From Plasmodiophora brassicae (Eukaryota), in NCBI GenBank assembly GCA_036867785.1, contig CP145413.1, positions 372,001 through 436,000 on the forward strand: a DNA stretch of 64,000 bases, written 5' to 3'. Position numbers and translations under genes: made by a program. Positions 46,101-58,800 of the stretch are shown in pieces (position 1 is the stretch's first letter; the number at the start of each line of letters is the position of its first letter). Under the pieces are notes generated by a model. That model worked only from the letters and a program-made list of their open reading frames with translations. It was not told the origin of the DNA and made no database searches.

Positions 46101-49100
46101 AGCCGTACAACCAACAACATCTTCCGTATCGCCACCTTCAACTCCTGCTGTGCACCCGACAACACCGGCGGTTCGGACACCAACTCCTGCACCACAGACG
46201 TCCAGGCCATCAGTCCCTGCAAGTACCTCACCGGCACACGCCCCGACTCCTACGGCGCAGTCGTCCACTCCCGCTGTACGTTCTTCGACTGCTCCGCGTC
46301 CAACAACGTCTACAGGGCGAACAGCAGCTCCCGGCCAGCCATCAACGCATGCTGTCCACGTGTCGACTAGTTCTGCAACACCCTCAACGCCGCGTGTCCA
46401 ACGAACGACACCGGCGGCGAACCCGCCAACTCCTGCTGTGCAACCATCGTCACCGACAGTCCGGACTCCAACACCCGCTGTTCCAGCGCCAACTCCAGCA
46501 ACGCCGGCTCCATCCCCTCGTCCAAGCTCAAGACCGCCAACATCAGGAGCGAGGACGCCGAGGCCATCGCCGACAACCGGCAGATCGAATCATTCGTCGT
46601 CATCGAGCACAGACTCGTCATCAACGGATGACGAAACCACGCCTTCTGAGCATCACCCATCGCCGACGCCGTCGCGTCCTCCGTCTGGCCCAGTGTCATC
46701 CTCAGTGCGGCACGTGACGACTCCTGCTGTCCACCCGACCCCATCAACGCAAGCCCCCACACCAGGACCTGCGCCGACGCCAGCTGTACATGCACCAACT
46801 CCCGCTGCACACCCATCGACAAGTCATAAGCACCCATCAACGACTGCTGTAGGAGCGCCAACGCCCACAGCCCCGATGTCCACACCTGCTGCACACGCGC
46901 CGACTCCTGCCGTCCAACAAACGACTCCTGCTTTGCACGCGACAACACCAGCAACGCAAGCGCCAACTCCATCCATAGCATCGACGCCTCCGGTGAAGCC
47001 GTCGACAGTTGTTTCACATTCACCGACCCCTGTTACCCCACCATCGACTCCTGCCCAACAACGGACGTCTCCCGCGGTGCCTCCGACAACTCCTCAAGCA
47101 CCGACTTCCTCCATACCCGCATCAACGCCTGCTGTACACCCATCTACCAGTCACGCTCATTCTTCGGCAACTGCAACAAGAGCACCGTCTTCTTCGGCGC
47201 CAGGCTCGACACATACCGTCCGCCCGTCTACTCCTGCGGAGCAGACGCCAACCCCTACTCCTCCAGCTATGCGATCAACTACCGCTGTGCGCCCAACAAC
47301 GTCTACAGGGCAAACAGCAGCTCCTGGACAGCCATCAACGCGCGCTGTGCATGCAACAACTAACCCTGTACGTCCTTCACCATCTTCAGGGCGTTCAACT
47401 CCTGTGGCTCCAGCATCAACACCCGCTGTGCAAACACCGACTCCTGCGGCGCAGACACCTACTCCTAATCCAACAAGACAGCCACCACCAGCCACGAGTA
47501 CGCCACAGCCGTCGCCAACCACCAGGCATTCGTCGTCCACCGACTCGTCGTCAACGAGCACTGATTCTTCTTCGACCAACGACCATTCCGAAAACCATCC
47601 ATCGACGGCGCCCTCAACTCGATCCACGAGACCTTCGCCGACGCCAATACGAGCATCAACACCTGCAGTCCACCCATCGACACCTGTAGGAAAGGCATCG
47701 ACACCTGCTGTCCAACAGCCGACTCCGTCTATACAACGATCCTCTCCAGCGGTGCATGCAACAACCCCGGCGACACACGCACCAACTCCTGCTGTGCGCT
47801 TGTCGACGCCTGCCATGCCCTCAACCCGTACATCATCAACGTCCACACCTGCCGTCCATCCATCGACACCTGCAGTGCCCGCCCCAACTCCTGTTGTCCA
47901 ACCATCGACCCCTGTCGCACAGCGATCGTCTCCCGCAGTGCACACATCTACTCCTGCAACACATGCACCAACGCCGGCTGTGCAGCCGTCGTCACCGAGA
48001 ACGCGGGCACCGACTCCCGGTGCGGAAGCACCAACCCCGGCGGTCCAACCACCTACTCCAAGTCCCAGTTCACGACCACCATCGTCCGGCACGAGCACGC
48101 CTAGGCCGTCGCCTACAACTCATTCCGGTTCCTCAACACATTCGTCATCGACTTCGACGAGCACAGATTCCTCTTCAACTGACGACCATACCACACCTTC
48201 TGAGCACCGTCCATCGACGGCGCCCTCCCGTCGGCCCTCAGGCCCTGCGCCGACCCCAACGCGTGCCCCAACACCTGCAGGCCCAGCTGCTACAACTGGA
48301 GCCCACCCGTCAACTCCTGCAGGAAAGACGCCGACTCCTGCTGTCCAGCAATCGACTCCGGCTGTGCAACGGTCCTCTCCTGCGGTGCATGCAACAACCA
48401 AGGCGACAAACGCACCAACGCCTGCTGTGCGGCCATCCACGCCAGCCGTCCACCCATCCACTAGTCCAGTGCATCCGCCAGCAACAACGACAACCGCAGT
48501 GCGAACATCGTCTCGTGGATCATTGGAGCCCACATCTGGTGCCCATCCGTCGACACCCGCAGTGCACGCATCGACCCCTGCTGTCCAGCGATCAACTCCT
48601 GCTGCGCAGGGATCAACTGCTTCGCCAACTAGTTCTGCGCGTCCATCAACAATTGCAGCGCCAACACCAACTTCCGCAACCCCAATGTCGACGCATCTGT
48701 CGACACCTGCGGCAAAGGCCTCAACGCCTGCTGTCCAGCAATCGACTCCTGGTGTACAACGATCCTCTCCCGCGGTACACGCTACAACACCAGCAGCAAC
48801 CCCTGCTGTGCAACCATCGTCACAAGTAACCCGCGCACCTACTCCCGCTGCTCAATCACCGACGCCTGCAGTCCGATCACCGACTCCAAGTCCAAGTTCA
48901 AGGCGACCAACCGACGCGACGTCATCGAGCACTGACTCATCGTCAACTGACACCGATACCACGCCGTCTGACCATCATCCATCGCCGACACCTTCACGTC
49001 CACCTTCCAGCCCTGCGTCAACCCCAGTACGACACGTGTCAACTCCTGCAGGACGGGCACCAACTCCTGCACCGCGAGGGCCTACTACAGCCGCACCAGC

Positions 49101-52100
49101 TCCAACACCCGTTGTGAAACCAACAACGCCATTTCCACAGCCATCCACTCCTGCCGTACACACAACAACTCCAGCACGAATTTCATCAACTTCTTCTGTG
49201 CCCTCATCAAGCCGTCATGTGCAATCAACTAGCCAAGCGCTGCAGACACCAACACCTGCCTCGTCATCATCGACGCGGGTCCCATCGACGCCTGTGGGGC
49301 ACGTACCTAGCACTGTGGCACGATCGCCAACTTCTGTAGCGCCTCCATCGACGCGTGTCGCTCAATCGTCGAGCCCTGCAGTGCATGCGCCTTCTTCCAC
49401 AGTACCAGCACCGACTCCTGCTATGAAACCGTCAACTAAGCCGTCAACTCCTGCTGTGCGCCTGACAACACCAGCTGTTCGGATACCAACTCCTGCACCA
49501 CAAACATCCAGGCCATCAGCCCCTGCAAGTACCTCAACGGCACACGCCCCGACCCCTACGGCGCAGTCGTCAACTTCTGCTGTCCACTCTTCGACTGCTC
49601 CGCGTCCAACAACGTCTACAGGGCGAACAGCAGCTCCCGGCCAGCCATCAACGCATGCTGTGCACGTGTCGACTAGTCCTGCAACACCCTCAACGCCGCG
49701 TGTCCAACGAACGACACCGGCGACGAACCCGCCAACTCCTGCTGTGCAACCATCGTCACCGACAGTCCGGACTCCAACACCCGCTGTTCCAACGCCAACT
49801 CCAGCAACGCCGGCTCCATCCCCGCGTCCAAGCTCAAGACCGCCAACATCAGGAACGAGGACGCCGAGGCCATCGCCGACAACCGGCAGATCGCATCATT
49901 CGTCGTCATCGAGCACGGACTCGTCGTCATCGAGCACGGACTCGTCATCAACGGATGACGAAACCACGCCTTCTGAGCATCATCCATCGCCGACGCCGTC
50001 GCGTCCTCCGTCTGGCCCCGCATCATCCTCAGCGCGGCATGTGTCGACTCCTGCTGTGCACCCGACCCCATCATCACAAGCTCCCACACCAGGACCTGCG
50101 CCGACGCCAGCTGTACAAACACCAACTCCCGCTGCACATCCATCGACAAGTCATAAGCAGTCATCAACGCCTGCTGTACGAGCACCAACTCCTGCAGTGT
50201 CAACGTCCACACCTGCTGCACCCGCACCGACTCCTGTCGTACAACAAACCACGTCTACTGTGCACGCGACAACTCATGCAGCACAATCGCCAACTCCTGC
50301 AGTGCACCCGCAGCCATCAACGACTGCTGCGCGAGCATCGACTCCTGTTATGAAACCGTCAACTCCTGCTGTGCACCTGACAACACCAGCTGTTCAGACA
50401 CCAACTCCTGCACCACAAACATCCAGGCCCTCAGCCCCTGCACGTACCTCACCGGCACACGCCCCGACTCCTACGGCGCAGTCGTCAACTTCTGCTGTAC
50501 ACTCTTCGACTGCGCCGCGTCCAACGACGTCTACAGGGCGAACAGCAGCTCCCGGCCAGCCATCAACGCATGCTGTCCACGTGTCGACTAGTTCTGCAAC
50601 ACCCTCAACACCGCGTGTCCAACGAACGACACCGGTGACGAACCCGCCAACTCCTGCTGTGCAACCATCGTCACCGACAGTCCGGACTCCAACACCCGCT
50701 GTTCCAGCGCCAACTCCAGCAACGCCGGCTCCATCCCCTCGTCCAAGCTCAAGACCGCCAACATCAGGAACGAGGACGCCGAGGCCATCGCCGACAACCG
50801 GCAGATCGCATCATTCGTCGTCATCGAGCACGGACTCGTCATCAACGGATGACGAAACCACGCCTTCTGAGCATCACCCATCGCCGACGCCGTCGCGTCC
50901 TCCGTCTGGCCCCGCATCATCCTCAGCGCGGCATGTGACGACTTCTGCTGTGCACCCGACCCCATCATCGCAAGCCCCTACACCAGGACCTGCGCCGACG
51001 CCAGCTGTACAAGCACCAACTCCCGCTGCACATCCATCGACAAGTCCTAAGCAGTCATCAACGCCTGCTGTACGAGCACCAACTCCTGCAGTGTCAACGT
51101 CCACACCTGCTACACGCGCACCGACTCCTGCCGTCCAACAAACCACGTCTGCTGTGCACGCGACAACTCATGCAGCACAGGCGCCAACTCCTGCGGTGCA
51201 GCCGTCGACAAGACAGACGCGTCCATCATCAACTCGGGCACCAACCCCCTCGGCGCCAGCATCCACGCCTGCAGTACACCTGTCTACTCCCGCTGTCAAG
51301 CCGTCAACCCCTGCAACACCGGCACCAACTCCTGCATCACCATCACCAAGTTCTGCATCGCCGGCACCAACTCCTGCTTCACCGGTGCCAACCCCTGCAT
51401 CACCGACTCCAACTCCTGCTGCTCAACCAACGTCACGCGCAGTTAGGACATCCTCTTCCACAGGGCGGCCAACTCCTACTCCCCAGGTGCCTACACCTAA
51501 TCCAACTCCAAGTCAACCGACGAGAACACCGGCACCGACGCCAGCACCTGGTACCGACACTTCATCTACTGACACTTCGCACTATACATCGTCAACGAGC
51601 ACCGACTCCTCAACTGACTCGTCTTCAACTGACACCGATACCACACCGTCTGATCACCATCCATCGCCGGCGCCATCAAGCCCACCTACTGGCCCTGCTC
51701 CGACCCCAGTGCGACACGTGTCGACTACCCCAGTGCAAACGCCGGCTCGAGCACCGACTACTGTGGCGAAGGCGACAACTTCACCGCCGACCACGTCATC
51801 GCGAGCACCGACTCCTGGTGCGCAACGAACAACTAGACCTGTGCCGGCATCAACTTCTACTACCCGGGCATCGACTTCTGCAGCCCCGTCTACGGTCCGA
51901 CCAACGACACCTGCAGAGCACACACCGACCACTTCGGCACGAGCACCGACACCTGCGCCCCCGATGTCCACGTCCGCTGTCCGCTCATCAACACCTGCAG
52001 TGCATGTGACAACTCATCATTCTACGAGTCCAGTAGTGCACACAACAACGGCAACAACCCCAGCTGTGCATGCAACGACTCGAGTTGGGCGCTCAACAAC

Positions 52101-55100
52101 TCCCTCGGTGCATTTGACAACTCCTGCTGTGCCCGTGACAACTCCAGCTGTGCATGCAACAACTTCAGCGGTGCACGCAACAACGCCCGCTGTGCACGCA
52201 ACAACGCCCGCTGTGCACGCAACAACCCCCGCCGTACAGTCACCTACTCCAGCTGTGCACCCATCAACCACTCGTGCTCGAGCATCAACACCTGCTCCGC
52301 AAGCCCCCACACCTGCGCCGCAAGCGCCAACGCCTGCTCCGCAAGCACCAACGCCTGCGCCGCAAGCACCAACGCCTGCGCCGCAAGCCCCAACGCCTGC
52401 GCCGCAAGCCCCCACACCTGCGCCGCAAGCACCAACGCCTGCTCCGCAAGCACCAACGCCTGTGCCGCAAGCACCGACGCCTGCGCCGCAAGCCCCGACA
52501 CCTGCGCCGCAAGCACCAACACCTGCGCCGCAAGCACCAACACCTGCGCCGCAAGCGCCAACGCCTGCGCCGCAAGCACCAACGCCTGCTCCGCAAGCAC
52601 CAACACCTGCGCCGCAAGCACCAACACCTGCGCCGCAAGCGCCAACGCCTGCGCCGCAAGCACCAACGCCTGCTCCGCAAGCACCAACACCTGCTCCGCA
52701 AGCACCAACGCCTGCGCCGCAAGCACCAACGCCTGCGCCGCAAGCACCAACGCCTGCGCCGCAAGCACCAACGCCTGCGCCGCAAGCACCGACACCTGCA
52801 CCGCAAGCACCGACACCTGCTCCGCAAGCACCAACGCCTGCGCCGCGGGCGCCGACTCCGGCAGCGCAGGCCCCAACTCCATTTGTGCAAGCACCAACCC
52901 CTGCTGCCCGAGCACCAACGCCTGCCCGAGCACCAACTCCGGCTGGACTGGCACCGACCCCAGCTGCACGAGCACCAACTCCTGCTGTTCGAGCGCCAAC
53001 CCCTGCTGTATGGGCACCGACCCCTGCCGTCATCCCATCTCCGTCGCCTTCGTCAATTTGTCAGCAGTACCCGTTGAGCACCTGCCCTACGTATCTGCTA
53101 GCCAGCGACACTGCTGGCGTCTCCATCAAGATCAGCAGCGTTGATGTCGATGCCCATGGAACGACGTACACGTACTCTGTCAACGTGCCCGCGGGTGCTG
53201 CCTACGCCAACGCCTCCCTGATGCTACCATCGTGTGTCTGTTCCGATGCCGGCCCAACGTCGACTTCACAGGCCTCGTTCATGTCGTCTCGCGTGCCGTG
53301 CACTGCTGTCTGGAACAACATCAGCCATGGAACGTCGACAGTCTCGTTCAGAGTTCCAGGGGAACACAGGATGGGATCCATTGTCGCGTCAGTCTCCCTG
53401 CCAACTGAATCTGGGACTGGAATCGTTTGTGGCCCCGTCTGTGGGTCGCCTTGCAGTGCCCCGGCAACAACTGCCGCAAGGCCCATCAGCTACCCACGAC
53501 TTGCAAAGTCGACGCGTCTACCAGCTCCAGCACCAGTAGGACGGATCCGTCGTCATGTTCACCTCAGTGCTCCTAATGTAATTGTTTAGACCCCGGCGCC
53601 AGGCCAGTGTCCTCCCATCCCGACGAATACGCTCTGCATCTCGTCTTCCTATTCGACGTTGATATCTGGCCCGGCCCGCCTCGACCGTTCACTGGAGCTA
53701 GACTTCAGTCTGCCATCGTCAGTGACGGCCCTGTTGAACCATGCCACCCAGTACACGTACTCGGTCTGGGTCTACCCGAAACAACTCAAATCTGGGTACG
53801 TCAACATCTTCTCCCGCGTCAGTGGCAGCACCTTCAGCCAGCAAGGCATTCCGAGTCTGTGGTTGACGCCAGACGGAACCGTAAGCGATTTGATGGGCAT
53901 GGCAGGATCATCGCTGACCAGCGCTGGATAGATTCAAGTCAACCTGCAACTGCAAGACGAGTACGGTGACTGGTCGTTCGTCGGCCATGTCACTAGGCGT
54001 CGCCTGCCGCTTTCGACCTGGACGCTGGTCGCGTTCTCCGTTGACGGAGCCGAAGGCGTGCTGAGAATCTGGTACAACGACGGCAAGGACGGCCTGTCCT
54101 GGAAGTTCGACCTCGACTGCGATGGCCGCGTCGTCCCTGTGGACGCTACGTTCGAGATCAACACGTCGTGCACAGACACGGATATCTGCATTGCAGAACT
54201 CGACTTCTACAACAGCGCCCTTGCTCCTGATCACGCAGCTTCCTGCCCGAACTCCACGACTGCCCCGGCACCTGTCGCCACCTCGGTAGGCCAGCAGCAT
54301 TGTAAACATGCATGCGCATCTAGGACTAACGACTGGACACGTGAAGGCGCCCCGACGTTCGCAGACCTGTCCAGCGGCCCCGAAGAACATGCAATGCGTG
54401 AACGCGGTTGGAAACCCGATCGTGCCCGGTACCGCCGCTCTCAACTCGCAGTTGCACGCGTCGATGTCGGGCAACACTGCCAGCCTGATGAACACCGCGT
54501 CCCAGTACTCGTACACCGTCTGGGTGTACCCGGCGTCGTTCAGCCCCGGCCCCGTCGAACTGTTCGCGCGCTCGAACGGCGCGCCGGGTGGCCCGCAGGA
54601 CCTGCCCAGCATGTGGGTCACCTCCAACGGATCGGTACGACAGCAGATCGTTCCACACGGCGTGGTTGCCGCAACGCTGACGTCGTGTGCCTCCAGGTTC
54701 AAATCAGTCTGCAGCTGCGAAACGATCAAGGGTCGTGGATCACTGCAACGCACGAGACGTCGCTGCCCCTGCCAGTGTCGACCTGGACGCTCGTCTCCGT
54801 CGTCGTGGACGGCGTCTCGAACACGCTCACGGTCTGGTTCAACGAGGGCGGCGCCGGCCAGTACTGGACCTGGCTGCTCACGGACGACGGCGGCCATTGC
54901 GTCGCCGTCAACGGCGACATCCAGGTCAACCCGGCCCATGCCGACACCACCATCTGCATCGCCCAGCTCCAATTCGTGCTCCGGCTGCTGGCGCCCGACG
55001 CCACGTCCACGTGCACGGTGGCCGCACAGCAACACGTAAGCGCGGGGCGGCGTCACAGCGCCGTGTTGACCGTGGCGCTGACACCGCATCGTACAGGGTG

Positions 55101-55267
55101 ACTCGCCGGCGCCTGCGGCCACGTCGGCGCCTACACCGGAGCCATACACGCCCCGCACGAGGAACATTGTTATCGGCGTCACTGTCACCAGCGGGTGCGT
55201 CTGCGCCGCCGCCCTGGTGTTCGCCTTCGTCCGCCGTCGTAAGCGCCAGCAGCAGGGCGCCGTCTGA
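40151..55267 (+). CDS. Giant type I membrane mucin/extensin-like protein (~4,900 aa): signal peptide, Asp/Cys-rich N-terminus, ~4,150-aa Pro/Thr/Ser region, Cys-containing domain, two LamG/ConA-like domains, TM helix
   Basis: Signal-like [17 protein letters not shown]. Intron 40572-40630 joins exon 1 in frame to the 4333-codon ORF. Downstream exons give YTYSVWVYP and LP(L/V)STWTLV twice, then [30 protein letters not shown] at 55265-55267, AATAAA at 55284. Start could also be 40109 or 40124. Confidence 0.85.
40640..43025 (+). repeat. Coding minisatellite of 12-bp (PTPx) units, mostly as 36-bp [12 protein letters not shown]
   Basis: About 2.4 kb of ccaacgccNNNn-type units encoding (P-T-P-K/S/A/H)n. 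Confidence 0.95.
43480..51720 (+). repeat. About 13 long coding modules marked by [31 protein letters not shown], including near-identical ~470-bp and ~900-bp duplications
   Basis: Marker motif recurs at about 43.5, 44.1, 44.6, 45.0, 45.5, 46.0, 46.6, 47.6, 48.2, 49.0, 50.0, 50.9 and 51.6 kb. Confidence 0.88.
52288..52860 (+). repeat. 21-bp coding tandem repeat (QAPTPAP) x ~26
   Basis: caagcaccaacgcctgcgccg units with mostly synonymous variation. Confidence 0.95.
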
Positions 55268-55337
55268 AACGTCATCAATGGCGAATAAAACGCCTTTCGG
55301 TTGTGAGGTGAAACTACGCGAACGCGGTTTAGGTGAA

Positions 55338-55667
55338 TCATTGAGCGGGTTCGGGGAACGTGCCGACTGGGGCGCCCTGGCCCTTGAGCTGCTTGTCGAG
55401 TTCGATCAGGGACGCCTCTCGTTCCATGGAGACGGCCAGAGGGAACGCCAGCACCAGGAACGACGTCGCCACGATCCAGGTCAGCTTGCCGGCTTTCAGC
55501 GCCGCCCACTGCGCGTACAGCTTCGCGGCACGCAGGCGCTCCGCCGGCGCCAGGCGGTCCATGATGCGCCCGACGTACGACTCCTCCTCGTACTCGTCAT
55601 ACTCGTCGACCGACTCCGCCTCGCTGACGTCGTTGATGTCCGTGATGTCCTGGATTCGCGACGTCAT
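55338..55667 (-). CDS. TOM22: Mitochondrial import receptor subunit TOM22 (109 aa, intronless)
   Basis: Acidic N-terminus ending EESYVGRI, then GKLTWIVATSFLVLAFPLAVSMERE, matching the Tom22 W...TS......P TM signature. Confidence 0.85.
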   Translation of the reverse strand: MTSRIQDITDINDVSEAESVDEYDEYEEESYVGRIMDRLAPAERLRAAKLYAQWAALKAGKLTWIVATSFLVLAFPLAVSMEREASLIELDKQLKGQGAPVGTFPEPAQ

Positions 55668-55834
55668 CGTGCGCGCCGTGACGCAACTCCGGAACTGCAG
55701 CACGGCGAGTCTGGACTGACGGGACCGCCAAAAACAACGACGACGATCGGCGCACACGCCGTCGAACAGAACCGCTGACGCGCGGCGATCGATAACAAAG
55801 TTCATTTTCGAAACGGAGGGGGGCGGCAGCGGGT

Positions 55835-58800
55835 TTATGTGGTGGATAGAGGCTGCATGAGTTCGAAGGCGCCAGTGCCGGATCGCACGACCTGGCCGAG
55901 GATGATCTGCGACGACGGCGTGCGCATGCGGTCGGGTTCGCCGAACAGGCAGGCGTCGAGCATGAACTTGCACGACGTTTCGTACGTCATTTTCAGCCAG
56001 GGCGACGCGCTCGCGTCCATGCCGGTCCGGTTCAGCGGGCGGAACCCGCCGTCGAACGTCATGTAGTCGGCCAGCAGGTACAGGTGCCGGTAGTCGACCG
56101 AGATGCCGTACACGGCGAACACGGCCGTGATCTCGCGGACGATCGCGGCCCGGGCGCTCTCCACACCGTACGTCGTCAGCAACGCCGCAATGTCGTTCGT
56201 CCTGATCTGGTTCACGTCGATCGCGTCCGCGTGCTCCCAGACGTACGAGAAGTTGACACCGTCGGTCTGCACGATGTTCACCTGCGCGTGCACCGATCCG
56301 GGTCAGCCTATGGACCCGACGTGCGACGACGACGGACGCCCAATGTACCTGTTTGCGAGGATCGTTCGGGTCCGGTCGGGTCGTCACATAACACTTCGTG
56401 ATGCCGGGCACGTTGTGCACCAGGACGCGCGATTGCACCTGGTCGATCAGGGACATGATGAGGAGACGGCGGGCGTGCAGCGGCATCTGCAGGACGATCT
56501 GTACGGATCGGCCAGCCTTGCCGAACGCCAGGCTGTGCAGGTACGGGGACCTGAAGTGCTGACGGGAGCGGACAGCGCCATCCTCGACGGCGCCTTCGTC
56601 GTCGTCATCGGACCCGGTCGCCATGTCGTCGTCTGCACCCGACTCATCGTCCGATCCGTCTTCCGCAGCGCCGTCGTCGCCGACCTGGACCGATTCGGCG
56701 TCGCTTTCGGCAGACGACCCCGCGGCATCGTCTTGGGCGTCCTCGCCGCTCTCACCATCGCCGCCTGATCTCTCGTTCGCGGGTTCCTGCACCTGTCGTG
56801 ACGTGATTTTAACGCCCGACACCTTGGCGACGGCCGCCAGCAGCCTACGTAGGCACAATCGCTCGTCAGAGCGGCCCCAAACAGCGATGACAACGGAACA
56901 ACACGTACCTGGGGACGAACCCGTTCTCGATGACCTTGACGAGGTCCTTCGCCGACAGGTCGAAGTCGCTCAGGCTGCGCATGTGGAGCTCGATCCGGTA
57001 GAGCCGCCGGCGCTCGTTCGTCGTTCCTGGGCCGATGGATTCCGAGCAGGTCGCGCGGTCGACGAGCTCGCTGAGCTTGATCTGCCGGAGCTTGTGGGCC
57101 AGCTGCTCGGCGTGACGGACGGCATCGTTGGGCGGCCGCAGGTACACCTCCATCAGCGGCGTCTTGATTGCCGCCGACGCCGTCATGATGATTTCGACGA
57201 GACGCGGGATACCGAGCGTCACGTTGGCGCCACCGAACCCGGCAAGGTGGAACGTGTTCAACGTCATCTGCGTCGACGGTTCACCGATCGACTGCGCCGT
57301 CAGGACACCGACGTTCTCGCCCGGATCCACGAGCGACGACATGTACTTCAGCCACATCATCAGCTCGAACATTTCACGCGTCATCCCCTACACAGGCGGA
57401 CGTCAGCGGGTCGCACCAGTTGGGCAAGGGAACGCGCGCGCGCGCACCTTGTCGAACACGTCCAGGGTGTTGTCGCAGAACTTCCTGATCTGGGTCTGGA
57501 AGCTCTCCGCGACGCAGCCAATGTTCGACCCAGGCCCATGAAGCGACAGGATGGGGTCGGGGATCGAACCCGGACGAGCGGATTCGTGCTGGGCCCAGTA
57601 CTGCAGGGCGCGCTCCGGATCCAGGCAGGTCAGGGCGACGCCCGGGTTCAGGCGGTTCAGGACGGCCTTGAAGTTGTTGGCGAGCAGGTTGGTCTCGCGC
57701 AGGATCAGACTCTTCGTCACGTCGATGCTGTCCTCGCCGTACTGGAACATGACGACGTCGCCGCGCTCGTTCCGGACCGTATAGTCGTACTGAACGGAGA
57801 GCGACTCGAGGTGCTTCACCAGGCAGCGTTGCAAGTACCCACTGCGACTCGTCTTGACGGCGGTATCGACCAGACCTTCACGACCGGCCATGCAGTGGAA
57901 GTAGTATTCGGCGGGGCGAATGCCAGTCAAGAACCTGGGGCGACCATGTCAGACGCACACACGACCATCACGCGGCCGAGGGACAGGGCGCACCGATTGG
58001 CGATGAATCCACCAGCGCGTGCGCGAACGTCGTATGGCCGGAAGCAGGGCAGCGTTCGCCCCGATGCCATACGCGGCACACGACGCCCTTCCAGCTCCTG
58101 CTGGCCGAGCAGGCACGAGATCTGCGAGAAGTTCACCTTGGATCCCTTGGCACCGGAGATCGTCATCATGCTGAAGTTGTTGCTCGGGAAGGACTTCCAC
58201 TGGCCCACGGGCAACGACGCCGATATGATCGACGAGGTCACGCCGTTCATCGCCGATTTCACGAAGGAATCCAGGGACGCGTCACCCTGCTTCCCTGACC
58301 ACGTATCGTCAATCGGGAACTCCCGTTACGATGCAAACACGTTGACTAACCCGTTTGACGCAGACGATCGTGGACGCGTTTGGCAACGCCAGCCATGGAT
58401 TTGTCACCCACATCGGACCCGGTAAACGAGACGGCGGCTTCCATGGCGACATTGTCGACACCATGGCACTGTGCCTGCCGAGCCCGTTCCGCAGACGATT
58501 GAAGCAGCAGGTCGTCCAGGCCACACGTGAATGCTACACGACAATAGCACGTTAGCATCGACCCGAACGCGGGCAACGCTCAACGCCAGTCCGTACCATG
58601 ATGGGTCTGAAGATACGCTGTGAACAGGCGCCCGAGGGCAGTCAGGAGGTCGCCGGCGTAGGCGGACCCGTACAGTTCATAGACGCAATGGACCAGGCCG
58701 AACTTCTTCGCGCCGAACTGGGTCTTGTCGAGGACACCGACCAGCAGGTCGTTGCCGCGAACGACGACGCTGGCCTCCTCGCAGCGCACCCTGGACGGCC

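Noticed and set aside
55338..56858. 506-aa ORF apparently fusing an RPA1 segment to TOM22
   Set aside because: Read-through of an RPA1 exon across an intron into an off-frame region. The RPA1 last exon is in another frame and stops at 55835, and TOM22 has its own ATG at 55667.
56623..58425. 600-aa plus-strand ORF and similar long ORFs opposite RPA1 and the LamG exons (53908-55509)
   Set aside because: Antisense shadows typical of GC3-rich genes, with no recognisable motifs.
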